NCBI GenBank assembly: GCA_965208105.1
Contig: OZ242318.1
Span: forward strand, 3,104,001-3,168,000
DNA: 64,000 nucleotides
Source of the DNA: Candidatus Latescibacterota bacterium
Lineage (GTDB): Bacteria; Latescibacterota; UBA2968; UBA8231
Direction of reading: 5' to 3'
Shown here: piece after piece, positions 43,143 to 53,382 of the stretch
How the letters are laid out: every line of letters starts with the position of its first letter
Numbering within the stretch: position 1 is the first letter of the stretch
Position numbers and translations under genes: made by a program
The notes under the pieces: generated by a model
The model's database searches: none
Seen by the model: only the letters and a program-made list of their open reading frames with translations
What the model was told of the DNA's origin: nothing

Positions 43143-43490
43143 CTACCAATTCGCTTTGATCTGCCCCAGCTCACCATCGGCACCGCCGTTGGCGCTATTC
43201 AAGTCCAGATTGTGGGGCTCTCCTCGTCATGGAATGAGAGCGTATCGCCGGCTAGCTCGGAAGTGATTTCCATGAAGGGCATCAGGATACTACCCGTCTC
43301 CTCAATGTAATTCCGCATGTCGTCCTCGACTTGGGCCGCCATTTCCTGCAATTCATCCGGGCTGGCTTCCTCGCCGGTGAATACCCTGCCATCGAGAATC
43401 TCGACAGTGTAATGGAGCGCACTGCTGGTTTCATCTGGGGCAAATGAGACTCCACGGTTCTGGCGCTTGTGATACTGGCAGCGCTGCACA
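43143..43490 (-). pseudogene. decayed secreted-protein gene retaining the C-terminal tag
   Basis: After a premature TGA it reads IAPTAVPMVSWG; a 1-nt shift gives QIKANW-stop. Confidence 0.6.
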
Positions 43491-43800
43491 CACCCTCAGC
43501 ATCCAATTGGTTTGTTTGACCGCGGACTCCAAACTGCATTGCTTCTGGAAAGCCCGGATACTTAGGTTGTTTCCCTATTCTTCGTCTATTTCGCCGCCCT
43601 TGCCTAACGGCAACATAATCCATTAAATAGGAAAAGAGACCAATAAGTGATAATCAATAGATGTTCCGTAGTATTTTGATGACATTTTGGAATTATCGGC
43701 CCATGCAGGGAATTTTGGTGCCATCAGGGTCCGGGTCCGGCCTGCCAGGGACAGCAGCTCGTGGCCGCATCGAGCCGGATCCTGAGACTCCCCAAGAGGA

Positions 43801-46212
43801 TTGAACGCGTTCAAAGGAGATAGAGAGTTGGAGAGAGCCGACCCGCGCGATCAGGAGTTGCAGGCGTTGCGGGAGCGCCTGGGCCGCCTGAGCGAGGCCA
43901 GCCTGCGCATCAACGAAAACCTCGACTTCAACACCGTGCTGAAGGGGGTCCTGGACTCCGCCCGGTCGCTGACGGGAGCCTGCTACGGGGTGATGGTGCT
44001 CCTCGACGCTTCGGGTCGTCCACGGGAGTTCCTCTCGTCGGGGATGACGGACGAGGAGACCCGGCAGGTCTGGACCCTGCCCGGCAGGATGAGGTACTTC
44101 GAGTACCTCGGAAGCATCACAGCCCCCCTGAGGCTCCGGGACCTGCTCGGCCACTTCCGCTCGTTGGGCCTTCCGGAGTTCCGCCCGCCCATGCCGATGT
44201 CCGTCCTCGCTTTTCTCGGAGCACCGATCTTCCACCGGGACGAGCAGGTCGGGCTCATCTTCCTGGGAGCGAAGGAAGCGGGCGAGGAGTTCACCGGTGA
44301 TGACGAGGAGACCCTGGTCCTGTTCGCGTCACAGGCAGCTCTGGTCATAGCTAATTCCCGCAGATACAGGCAAGAACTACGGGCCAGAACCGACCTGGAG
44401 ACCCTGATAGATACCTCCCCGATTGGGGTGGCGGTAATCGACGCGAGGACGGGAGTCCCAAGGTTGTTCAACCAGGAGGTGAGAAGGATCATCGACCGCC
44501 TGCGGCAGCCGGACCAATCGCTGGAGCAACTCCTCCAGGTCCTGGCCATCCGGCGCGCCGACGGGCAGGAGATTTCCCTGGAAGAGATCTCCCTCAACCA
44601 CCTGCTGAGCATCGGGGAGACTGTGGTAGCCGAGCAGGTCGTCCTTCAGGTGCCCGACGGAGGTAAAGTCACCGCCCTGGTCAATGGGAGGCCCGTCCCC
44701 TCGGAGGACGGCAAAGTCAAGTCCTATGTCGTAACCCTGCAGGACATGGCCCCGCTGCAGGATCTGGAACGGCTTCAGGTCGAGTTCCTGAGCATGGTCA
44801 GCCACGATCTGCGGGTGCCGATTACCTCGATCAGAGGTTCGGCGACCGCCCTGCTGGACGCCTTCTCCGACCTGGAACCGGTCGTGATGAAGCAGTTCTT
44901 CCAGATCATCATCGAGCAGTCCGACAGCATGCTCGAATTGATTGGCGATCTGCTCGACATGGCGCGCATCAAGGCCGGCACGCTGCAGGTAACCCCCGAA
45001 CCTGCCGAGATCGCCAGCGTGGTAGAGCGGGCCCGAATCACCTTCCTGAGCGCAAGGAGGAGGAACAACCTCCACATCGACCTGGCGCCGGATCTCCCCT
45101 TGGTGATGGCGGACAGGCGGCGCATCGTTCAGGTCATCGGCAACCTGCTGTCCAACGCGGCCAGGCACTCGCCGGAGTCGTCTCCCATCCGGGTAACCGC
45201 CGTGCAGGAGGACGTCCATGTCGAGGTCGCGGTGGTAGACGAGGGCAGGGGCATATCAGCAGAGCAATTGCCGCACCTTTTCGTGGGGTTCTCCCGCACC
45301 GACGGCGAAGACGGTGCGCGGCAGATCGGTGGGTCAGGCCTTGCCATCTGCAAGGGGATAGTGGAAGCCCATGGAGGCCGCATCCGGGCCGAGAGCGAAG
45401 GTCCGGGCAGGGGAGCCCGGTTTACCTTCACGATTCCGTCGGTCGAAGAGTCCGCTAGCGGAGATCCTCCCGGTCCTCCACGCGCTCGCGGCAGGAGGCA
45501 GGAGAGGGGAAAGGGGGGCCCTCAGCCCATCCTCGTGGTTGATGATGACCCACAGACGCTCACGTACGTGCGGGAAGCGCTCTCGGAGGTGGGCTTCAAG
45601 CCAATAGTGACCGCCGACCCGGAGCAGGTGCCCGTCCTCATGCAGGAGCACAGGCCCCTGTTGGTTCTGCTCGACCTCGTCCTGCCCGGCACCGACGGCA
45701 TCGAGCTGATGAGAGACCTCCTCGGCATGGCAGATGTGCCCGTCGTCTTCCTGTCTGCCTACGGCAGCGACCAGGTGATTTCTCGGGCCCTCGAGATGGG
45801 GGCCACCGATTACATCGTCAAGCCCTTCTCGCCGACGGAACTGGTGGCCCGGGTCCGGGCGGCCCTGCGCCAGGGGGTGGCCTTGACCAGGCCGACCGAC
45901 CCGTATGTGCTGGGCGAGCTGACCGTCGACTACACGGAACGTCGCGTCACCGTGGCGGGCCGTACGATAAAGTTGACCGCAGCCGAGTACGGCCTGCTCT
46001 TCGAGCTTTCGATCAACGCCGGAAAGGTCGTCAGCCACGACCGGTTGCTGCGCAGGGTGTTGGGGCCCAAGCCTTCCACAGACGTGCGGTCGCTGCGAAC
46101 TCTGGTCAGGAGACTCCGAGGCAAGCTCTCAGACGCCGCGGACGACCCCACCTATCTCTTTGCCGAACGGGGCGTCGGCTACCGGATGCCGAAGGGACAG
46201 GAACCGGGGTGA
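43801..46212 (+). CDS. hybrid sensor kinase/response regulator: GAF-PAS-HisKA-HATPase-REC-OmpR winged helix
   Basis: SHDLRVPIT H-box, NLLSNA, DEGRGI, ILVVDDD, LLDL.LPG.DG, DYIVKPF, RRLRGKL...GVGYR motifs. Confidence 0.92.
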   Translation: MNAFKGDRELERADPRDQELQALRERLGRLSEASLRINENLDFNTVLKGVLDSARSLTGACYGVMVLLDASGRPREFLSSGMTDEETRQVWTLPGRMRYFEYLGSITAPLRLRDLLGHFRSLGLPEFRPPMPMSVLAFLGAPIFHRDEQVGLIFLGAKEAGEEFTGDDEETLVLFASQAALVIANSRRYRQELRARTDLETLIDTSPIGVAVIDARTGVPRLFNQEVRRIIDRLRQPDQSLEQLLQVLAIRRADGQEISLEEISLNHLLSIGETVVAEQVVLQVPDGGKVTALVNGRPVPSEDGKVKSYVVTLQDMAPLQDLERLQVEFLSMVSHDLRVPITSIRGSATALLDAFSDLEPVVMKQFFQIIIEQSDSMLELIGDLLDMARIKAGTLQVTPEPAEIASVVERARITFLSARRRNNLHIDLAPDLPLVMADRRRIVQVIGNLLSNAARHSPESSPIRVTAVQEDVHVEVAVVDEGRGISAEQLPHLFVGFSRTDGEDGARQIGGSGLAICKGIVEAHGGRIRAESEGPGRGARFTFTIPSVEESASGDPPGPPRARGRRQERGKGGPQPILVVDDDPQTLTYVREALSEVGFKPIVTADPEQVPVLMQEHRPLLVLLDLVLPGTDGIELMRDLLGMADVPVVFLSAYGSDQVISRALEMGATDYIVKPFSPTELVARVRAALRQGVALTRPTDPYVLGELTVDYTERRVTVAGRTIKLTAAEYGLLFELSINAGKVVSHDRLLRRVLGPKPSTDVRSLRTLVRRLRGKLSDAADDPTYLFAERGVGYRMPKGQEPG

Positions 46213-46234
46213 CCGGAGGTGCCGGTTGGACAAA

Positions 46235-46755
46235 AGGTTGATCTCCATGGACGCCAAGGGCCGATGGAGGGACAACGTCTTCATCGAGCGATTGTGGCGC
46301 TCTCTCAAATACGAGTGCGTTTATCTGCACGAAGTGGAGGATGGGCGTCAGGAGAGGTGGACCATCGCGAACTGGCTGCAGTATTATAACGAAGATCAAC
46401 CTCATTCCAGCCTGGTGGGGAACCGAACGCCGATGGAGTCCTAAACAGGGCGCAAAGCGGCATGAACACGGAAGAAACGCTGTGGACCCTTGCCCAAGGC
46501 AGGGGATGGCCTATCCCGTCAACCAGCAAAACGGCCATCCTGCCAGGTCGGAAAGGAGATCTCAGAGAATCCAGAAAAAAGAAGGACAGGGCAGCAAATC
46601 AACCACAAGGAATCCACCTTGATCAGGCTGCCAGGATGTCCAAAGAATGGGGTCCATCTGCTGGCGAAATTCGGGGGGATAGGGAATACGTGATTTAGGC
46701 ATGGGGGCTCCTTTTCATCAAGTGATAAGGTACCCACCAAACCGGGTCAACTCCA
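46235..46755. mobile_element. IS3 family 3' remnant (+) abutting an IS3 5' remnant (-)
   Basis: ISMD.KGRW.DNVFIERLWRSLKYE fragment; 46657-46755 is the reverse complement of the 33111 repeat. Confidence 0.75.
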
Positions 46756-46765
46756 CAACTCCATT

Positions 46766-47971
46766 CTATCGCAGGTTAAATTCTGCGATGAGCGCGGGAC
46801 GGGAGGATAACAGGTGCTCTAAATGGCTTTCAGGCCACATTTCGATCCGGGGAGAAGCACCCGTTGCATTGTGCCTCTCAATCCATTCAACCGCATTGAG
46901 GCTAAAACGACCACTCGTTGCAATTATTAGGACATCGACTCGTGGATTAGCCCACAGCGACATGTTCTCCTTAGCTGATCCGATGTCTCGTACACCTACA
47001 CTTTTTGATTGCCAATGCTTGCATTGAATGACTACCCTATGACGGATGGTTCCAGAGAGGGCGTCGCTCATGGTCCGCGTTACAGACAGATCACGACCAC
47101 GATCTGGAGCGCGCGTCGTCATTAGCCACTCGGGGTTTTCGTATCCGGATTCATTACTGATGAGAACGAATAGAAGACGTTCAAATTCCGCATCATCCAG
47201 CGAGGACCATTTAAGCTTTGTAGCTATAGATCCGCTGGGCTTTGTGGTCGCCACCTCGTCTAGGTCTTTGATCCCTACAGGAATAGGTTCGTCCGCGCCG
47301 AAAATCCGTTGTTCGAGTGCTGACTTGATGGATGGCCAGTCACGCCTTTCAACATCCTCAAGGTCTTGAAGTGTACCCATTTTGACTTTGTCCAACATAT
47401 CGGTCCAGCGAGGTGGCTTTGGAACGCTGCTGCCAAGCAGCACCTCTATTTCGGTGATGTGTCTCCGGATGTCAACCCAAAGTTCGGATTCCAACCGAAG
47501 GCCTGGATCTCTCTCGTTGGCTTTTTTTCTTAGGTCTCGAATGTCAAAGTCTACTTCGTCAATCAGCTTGACCAATGGACCTCGAATCAGAGCCCGGCGC
47601 TTATTATTGAATCGGAAACGATAATCTTGGATCTCCTCGCCTGGCTGAACAAAGGTATCTTCGGTCTCGAAGGTTATTGCTGGCTCGTCTAATTCCCAGG
47701 CATCCATACGGTTTTGGGCAATCTCATTCAACGTGAAAGGGGAGGATTTAGGTTTCCAGCCGTCGATCATAGGTAAGGCACCCAGTAGTAAAGAATAGGC
47801 GCGAATCTTATCGTTATAGTCTGGATCATCGCCATAGACGATGCCGACAGGAATGTGGCTTTCCAGTTCTGACCAGAGGCGTTCAAGTTTTGCAATATTG
47901 GCCTCTGTGGCCTCGAATTTCTCAAGCGCACACATTAAAGGACTTTTCGAATCATGATCTTCTGCTGGCAT
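46766..47971 (-). CDS. Mrr-type (PD-(D/E)xK) restriction endonuclease domain protein
   Basis: LDDAEFERLL, PDRGRD, IQCKHW, IIATSGRFS motifs in the C-terminal domain. Confidence 0.82.
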   Translation of the reverse strand: MPAEDHDSKSPLMCALEKFEATEANIAKLERLWSELESHIPVGIVYGDDPDYNDKIRAYSLLLGALPMIDGWKPKSSPFTLNEIAQNRMDAWELDEPAITFETEDTFVQPGEEIQDYRFRFNNKRRALIRGPLVKLIDEVDFDIRDLRKKANERDPGLRLESELWVDIRRHITEIEVLLGSSVPKPPRWTDMLDKVKMGTLQDLEDVERRDWPSIKSALEQRIFGADEPIPVGIKDLDEVATTKPSGSIATKLKWSSLDDAEFERLLFVLISNESGYENPEWLMTTRAPDRGRDLSVTRTMSDALSGTIRHRVVIQCKHWQSKSVGVRDIGSAKENMSLWANPRVDVLIIATSGRFSLNAVEWIERHNATGASPRIEMWPESHLEHLLSSRPALIAEFNLR

Positions 47972-48141
47972 ATGTGCCTTCTGGGATTAAAATTGCACTT
48001 GTATGCATGGGTGCAAAGCCCAGCCTCGTGTCTGTCTCTGATGTTTAAGTGATATTGTCGAATCAAGGTTAAGCGTAAATGTCAAACAGAAAATATCCAA
48101 GAGTTGTCAGCCTTTGCATCTTGGACGCGAGGCGCAGCTAT

Positions 48142-48978
48142 TCACCTTTCGGATTTGATCTCTCCCCAGCTTGTTCGCTCAACAGCAGTAGGGCTGTTGC
48201 CCTCGAGCACCATGCGGAATCCGAATGATCCCATGGTAAAATCTGCGCTTGCGCTCATCCGGTAGGCAGACCTGGTATACCAGGGATGAGTGGGCCACTC
48301 AACAAGAGAATGATACTTGCCATCATCTCCGCCGCGCAGCATGACTCTGCCTCCCGGCTGGGGCCGATATGGACTTGTCGGATCCGTCTCGGGCCGATCG
48401 GCATAGAATCGCACCGCGTCGCTGGTGAACTCCCATGCTCCGCCTGCCATATTGTATAATCCCCATGGATTGGGCCCGGGTCTGCGCTCTTTCCAGGCAT
48501 CGCCAAACCACCACAAGGTAGCGGTCCCTGCCCGCGCGGCGTATTCCCATTCGGCTTCCGAGGGCAGACGAAAAGTCTGGCCGGATCGAGCATTCAGGCG
48601 GCTCAAGTATTCCTGGATAGCGAAAATAGTTATATCCGTCATAAGAGCCCAGGGCGCTCTTTCTTCTCTGCCCGGGTCCATTACGGCAAACCACTGACCC
48701 CTGTTCACTTCTCTCGTGCCCAGATAGAAGCCTTTGCTGATCGTCACTGGATGCTGCGGAAATTCTCTGGAGTAGGGAATTCTGTTGGCACTGAACTCTG
48801 ACCACCTGCTGTTTTCTTCGTCCCACGCCTCTTTCCATGCTGCGGACGTTCCCATGAGAAATGCGCCGGGTTCTATCCAAGCGAATTCCATGGATTCGCC
48901 CCCGGGAAGAGCAACGGTGATTTCTTGTGCGTGAGCCCGGGAGGACCACGCCAACACAAGACACAAGAGTACAGGCAT
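48142..48978 (-). CDS. secreted FGE-sulfatase (SUMF1)-domain protein with C-terminal PTAVERTSWGEIK motif
   Basis: GAFLMG, P.HPV.I..GF, RLPSEAEWEYAARAG, PNPWGLYNM.G..WE, RGG, GFR motifs. Confidence 0.88.
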   Translation of the reverse strand: MPVLLCLVLAWSSRAHAQEITVALPGGESMEFAWIEPGAFLMGTSAAWKEAWDEENSRWSEFSANRIPYSREFPQHPVTISKGFYLGTREVNRGQWFAVMDPGREERAPWALMTDITIFAIQEYLSRLNARSGQTFRLPSEAEWEYAARAGTATLWWFGDAWKERRPGPNPWGLYNMAGGAWEFTSDAVRFYADRPETDPTSPYRPQPGGRVMLRGGDDGKYHSLVEWPTHPWYTRSAYRMSASADFTMGSFGFRMVLEGNSPTAVERTSWGEIKSER

Positions 48979-49030
48979 AAAAATAGCGGAACAGGGAACT
49001 GAATCCCCGCTCCGCTTCTTGGTCTCCTCT

Positions 49031-50128
49031 CTAGGTGAGCGCGTCCTTCACCTTGCCCAGGTAAACCAACTGTTCTGAGTTGGTGATTTCTCTGAGGGTT
49101 GGGTCGGTGTTGCCGCCCCCGGTAGGCCATTTTGTCCACAGCGAGAAGCTGTCTTGCCATGGATCCTGGCCGCGGTCCGGATCGAGGCAATTCTCGATGC
49201 TGCCCTTGATCCGGCCGCTTCTGGCGCTGATGTGGTCCTCGTGATCAGGATCGATCTTGGTGCGCCTGCCTTGCTGAATTGCAAAGAAGTACTTGCGGCT
49301 TCCCTGTTCCGCTGCCCGGGCGTTTCTCACCGAATCGGTGTATCCGTGAGTGTCCCAGGTGGCAATTTCCCGGACCGCGTTGTCGGCCGTCACCTTGTGC
49401 GTGTTGATGCAGTACTCTGCCGCGGTGTGATTGTGCCCGGCTTCCTGGGCCGGATAGATGATGAGCGCCTTGGATCCCAGCTTGCCGGCCAGAATGTTGA
49501 CCATGCGAGCCTGGGCTTCAACCTGGAAATCCACGAAGTGCTTGTAGAGCCGCTTTACGGAATCGTAGGCGGAGCTCCTGTAGGGATTCTCCTTCGCTCT
49601 GCCTTCGTTTTTGTAGGCGTCTCTGGCATGCGTCTTGGCGATGTTATCCAGCCAATACCGCCATTCGGACAGATGGTTGTCCTGCACGTCCCGGTAGTCC
49701 GTGGCGGCATTTTCTTCGGCATACTCCTCCCACTTGCTGCCCTCTTTGAAGAGGCGGGGCCGGTATTCATGGTTCCAGCGCAATCCCTTGAAGCGGGAAC
49801 CGTAGCGGTCCTCCACGTCTTCAATCAACGCATCCCAGCCGTTGTAGAAAGCATGGGAAGGATTGTCGTACCATGGATCCCGGTCTATGGAGCCTCTTGC
49901 CTTGCTGCTGCTGTTGCTTCCGCACTGGGACTCCCCGATAAGATTAAGCGAGAGAACGAAATCCATATCGGGGCTGAAGTACTCGTCTGGCGCCCTCAGA
50001 TCATCGCTGACGTCAGACAGCCTGCTGTTCGAGAACATGTTCCTGAGCTGCATCGTGTCGAATCCATACGCGCTTGCATCCTTGATGTTTAAGGTCGTCA
50101 GGATGCTACGACCATAGATCAACTTCAT
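49031..50128 (-). CDS. hypothetical protein (possible TIM-barrel/glycoside hydrolase-like)
   Basis: GGGAGG RBS, 365-aa clean ORF; fold guess is weak. Confidence 0.65.
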   Translation of the reverse strand: MKLIYGRSILTTLNIKDASAYGFDTMQLRNMFSNSRLSDVSDDLRAPDEYFSPDMDFVLSLNLIGESQCGSNSSSKARGSIDRDPWYDNPSHAFYNGWDALIEDVEDRYGSRFKGLRWNHEYRPRLFKEGSKWEEYAEENAATDYRDVQDNHLSEWRYWLDNIAKTHARDAYKNEGRAKENPYRSSAYDSVKRLYKHFVDFQVEAQARMVNILAGKLGSKALIIYPAQEAGHNHTAAEYCINTHKVTADNAVREIATWDTHGYTDSVRNARAAEQGSRKYFFAIQQGRRTKIDPDHEDHISARSGRIKGSIENCLDPDRGQDPWQDSFSLWTKWPTGGGNTDPTLREITNSEQLVYLGKVKDALT

Positions 50129-50312
50129 TACTGCCTCCCATAAATGAGGGTTTAGGTGTGAAATCTTCCTCTTGCTCTTCGTGCGCTTAACTTACCACTC
50201 ACTTCGAGTTGTTGCGCTTTTCCAGAAGTGAGAATAGCCTGCTGACATTGAAGGCGAATAATGGGAGCCAATAATGAGATGTTGGCCTGCCGCGCCGTAC
50301 TGAAGATGTGGA

Positions 50313-51446
50313 TTACTTCATGGCACCTCCTTGTTTGCAGAACAGAACATATGAGTAGCGCCACGGAACGCAAGCATCATACTGACGGGTTTTGAAATTT
50401 TCTTTAACTGCGCCCCAGCCTGCCCGCTGAATGGGCGTGGCTATGCCCACATGAGGGCCATCGCGCTCTACATCCAGAAATCTCAGGGATCTCTGGTCCC
50501 ATGATGGAGCCCACCAAACCGCGATTTTGTCTCCCCTGGGGCTCCACTTGGGCAAGGCATACCGGGTTCCCGTCTCCAGATAGGACAGGCTGATTCCCGG
50601 CTCGGCCGGGCTTTCGAGGTCCAATACGGCCAGACTGCCAAAGCACTCGAACACCAGAAAGCGGCAATCCGGCGACCAGGAAGGACGTCCGCATGGATGA
50701 TAGTCCAGGACCTGATTGAGAGTGCCCGTCTTTGCTCCTATGGTGTATATTCCCGGCGCCGGCTGTGTCACGCCCTCGCCCTCGCTCAGGGAGGTGGTGG
50801 AGAAGGCCATGAGATTGTTGGCCGGGCAATACTCGCCCACGGCCCGGTAGTTCGAAGTGCCGCTGCTGCCATCCAGGCGGAGCATGTTGTAATATGTACG
50901 GTGGGTTTGAATCAGGCCGTGGAAATAGCTGAAGATGATGCCCGGCTCGATCCACGCATAGATGCGTATATGATCGTGGTCGTAGGCATGGAATTCCTGT
51001 CGCAGAGTGGTGCCGTCGGGATGCATGGTGAAGATGGTCGATTCTGAGTATTTCGTGGTATCGGAAGACGGGTAGGACTGATTGAAGGCCAGAGCCAGGC
51101 GGTCCGCCGCGGGCGACCAGTGGGCGCAGGGCCCATGCCAGCCTTCGGCCCTGAAAATGGAACGCTCGCCGCTGCCATCGGCATTATAGATGAATAGCTC
51201 GCTGTGATCGTCCTCGTATTCCATCAGGGCGATATGGCTTCCTGCGGGGCTCCACTTGGCGCAGCCGCTGCGGTCGAATTCATGGCCGGGCCTCATGGGG
51301 TCCAGATAGAGAATCTGCGGAAACCCGTCCCTGTGCACCAGAACGGCATCTCCCGAGGGCGCCCAGGAAATAGCCCAGGCCGGAACTCCTGCCATGACTA
51401 GCAGAACAGCTGCGATATTTCTCATTATTGCTGGATGACGGCCCAT
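50313..51446 (-). CDS. secreted TolB-like (PD40/WD40) beta-propeller protein
   Basis: Signal peptide; repeated WSP.G/WSPD units; near-terminal TPIQRAGWGAVKENF. Confidence 0.8.
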   Translation of the reverse strand: MGRHPAIMRNIAAVLLVMAGVPAWAISWAPSGDAVLVHRDGFPQILYLDPMRPGHEFDRSGCAKWSPAGSHIALMEYEDDHSELFIYNADGSGERSIFRAEGWHGPCAHWSPAADRLALAFNQSYPSSDTTKYSESTIFTMHPDGTTLRQEFHAYDHDHIRIYAWIEPGIIFSYFHGLIQTHRTYYNMLRLDGSSGTSNYRAVGEYCPANNLMAFSTTSLSEGEGVTQPAPGIYTIGAKTGTLNQVLDYHPCGRPSWSPDCRFLVFECFGSLAVLDLESPAEPGISLSYLETGTRYALPKWSPRGDKIAVWWAPSWDQRSLRFLDVERDGPHVGIATPIQRAGWGAVKENFKTRQYDACVPWRYSYVLFCKQGGAMK

Positions 51447-51541
51447 GGATTTATGGATCAGTCCTTTCCTGGTGTTCGGCTGACCCTCGGCACCTATTTA
51501 ATGTAGCAGTTATCATCTAAAAAGAACAGAGCGCCCAGGTC

Positions 51542-52606
51542 TCACGTTAAGTGCGGGACATGCTCAGAAGCTTGACGAGGCCTTTCACCTGATAGATTTC
51601 CACCTCGCGAGCCATTGCTGTTTCCACTTTGTTCGAGTTGTGATTCGGGCCTGAAATTTTGGGATTGAATTGTTCCGGTGCCAAGAATAACCCCCTTATC
51701 CATGAATTTGTCCCTGAATCTCGACACATCAACCCTGATCCCTACGAGCATCTGGCCCTGAGGTAGTGTTCCTGGATTTCCCTGCGGATCGAGAGACGGA
51801 ACTTGACCCGACAAAAAGCACACCACCGTAGCTTCCGATAGAAGCTTCTGCCCCCACGGGGTTTCAGTAGCATTATTTACCAAAACCATGGCCTGCTCAA
51901 AGTCGGAGGACAGGAGTTTGCCTATGAAAGAAACGGTGAGGCCCCTGGCAATGGGGGGGTTGAGCCACACGCTGCCCTGCCACTCCTTTTCAAGTCCCCT
52001 GTCTTCCTTCGTGTAGTAATTGTTCGCCTTGATGGTTTCCTGGGCCACCTCGGAAGAAGCAGGATCCAGATCTATGTTGCCCATGACATAACGTGCGCCC
52101 TCAATGATATCTGGCGGAGTATACCATTCGTTCTCTCCGGAATTGGATGGCGCACGAGCTCTCCCTGCCTTCTTCTCCGGGTCTGATCTTCGGGCCTCCC
52201 GCAACAATCCGGCCTGCGTTATTTCATCGCCGCCCTCCTTCTTCTCCGCAATGTGGCGTTCGAATTCCTCTTTGGGGATGCTGGCAATCTTTTCGAGGCG
52301 ATGGGCCTGTGGAATGCTGATTCCGGCCTCTCTTATCTGGATGGCCTTGAAACTCTTATCATCATGAGAAGAGTTTTTTTGCGGTCTCCCTCCCCCCGAT
52401 TTCTCCATAGCCGCGGTGATTTCGCCGATGCGCCGGTCTATCCTCACCTTGGCCTCGGCAAGTTCGTTTTGGGCCTCGTGCAGGCCGGAGCGTTTAGCGT
52501 AGAGCTGCCCCGCTTCCACCTTTCTCTGGACATCCAGAAGCTCATTGAGGTCGTCGGCCTTGGCGAGGAAGCTTCTTACTGCATCCAGGGTAATTATTTT
52601 TGACAT
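51542..52606 (-). CDS. phage-type DNA N6-adenine methyltransferase-like protein, degenerate active site
   Basis: NEWYTP, IDLDPAS, W.G.VWLNPPI, LVNNATET.W motifs; AAGGAG RBS before ATG 52606. Confidence 0.8.
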   Translation of the reverse strand: MSKIITLDAVRSFLAKADDLNELLDVQRKVEAGQLYAKRSGLHEAQNELAEAKVRIDRRIGEITAAMEKSGGGRPQKNSSHDDKSFKAIQIREAGISIPQAHRLEKIASIPKEEFERHIAEKKEGGDEITQAGLLREARRSDPEKKAGRARAPSNSGENEWYTPPDIIEGARYVMGNIDLDPASSEVAQETIKANNYYTKEDRGLEKEWQGSVWLNPPIARGLTVSFIGKLLSSDFEQAMVLVNNATETPWGQKLLSEATVVCFLSGQVPSLDPQGNPGTLPQGQMLVGIRVDVSRFRDKFMDKGVILGTGTIQSQNFRPESQLEQSGNSNGSRGGNLSGERPRQASEHVPHLT

Positions 52607-53382
52607 GTTCAATTCTCCTTCCATTTCTATCGAATTTTCTGCGGGCGCCATGGCAGGTCCGGAGAGCCTCCCCGCGCGTGCTCACAGCAAATTCCATAAG
52701 CTTTGCCAGCCTCATCGATTACCACTTGCCCGCATCCTCTGGCGCCCACTTGTCCGGATACGAGCCTTCCAAGCCTTCCCTCTTGCTTTGTGTGAGGAAT
52801 GGCGGGTCGAGGCATTCCAGTTCCATGGAGGCGGAGGCCATGCCGCGGAGCGCTTCCAAGCTTCCCGGTGAAGCACTGAATTGCCGGGAGGAACAGGATC
52901 TGGAAGAAGGCTGCTATTTGCTGCTGTGGATTGAGGGACTTGCGGCGGGACTACCACATGCCGGTCCATCGTACAATTTTCCTTCAGGTCGATTATTTTG
53001 AGCGATCGATCAACGATGGTGGGTTGCTAATACAATGTATGATTCGTGCCGCCAGAACTCAAACATATCCGGGGAAGATCTGCGAGAAAATTCACGATTT
53101 GCCGACCTGATCTGCTCGATTCTCTCTCGATTTTAGGACCGTATAGTTACAGGTTGGTTCATACAGCAACGAAAAAAAATTCCTGAAATCCCCAAATATT
53201 CCGGAAATTTTCACTCCAAAAGCTACCACACTGGGGCAAGAAGATGGAGGCATTCACCCAACAAGGTTTTTTCCCGAATGCTCTTCCTTCCGATCTTCAA
53301 ATTCCACGGGGTAACCTCCGATCTGTAAGGTTGTGGAACTGCTCTTTCACTACAATCATGACATCTGGACCGCCGGCGACGG

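Noticed and set aside
48142-48978. FGE/C-type-lectin-fold protein as a diversity-generating retroelement target
   Set aside because: No template repeat of its 3' end and no DGR reverse transcriptase seen in the window.
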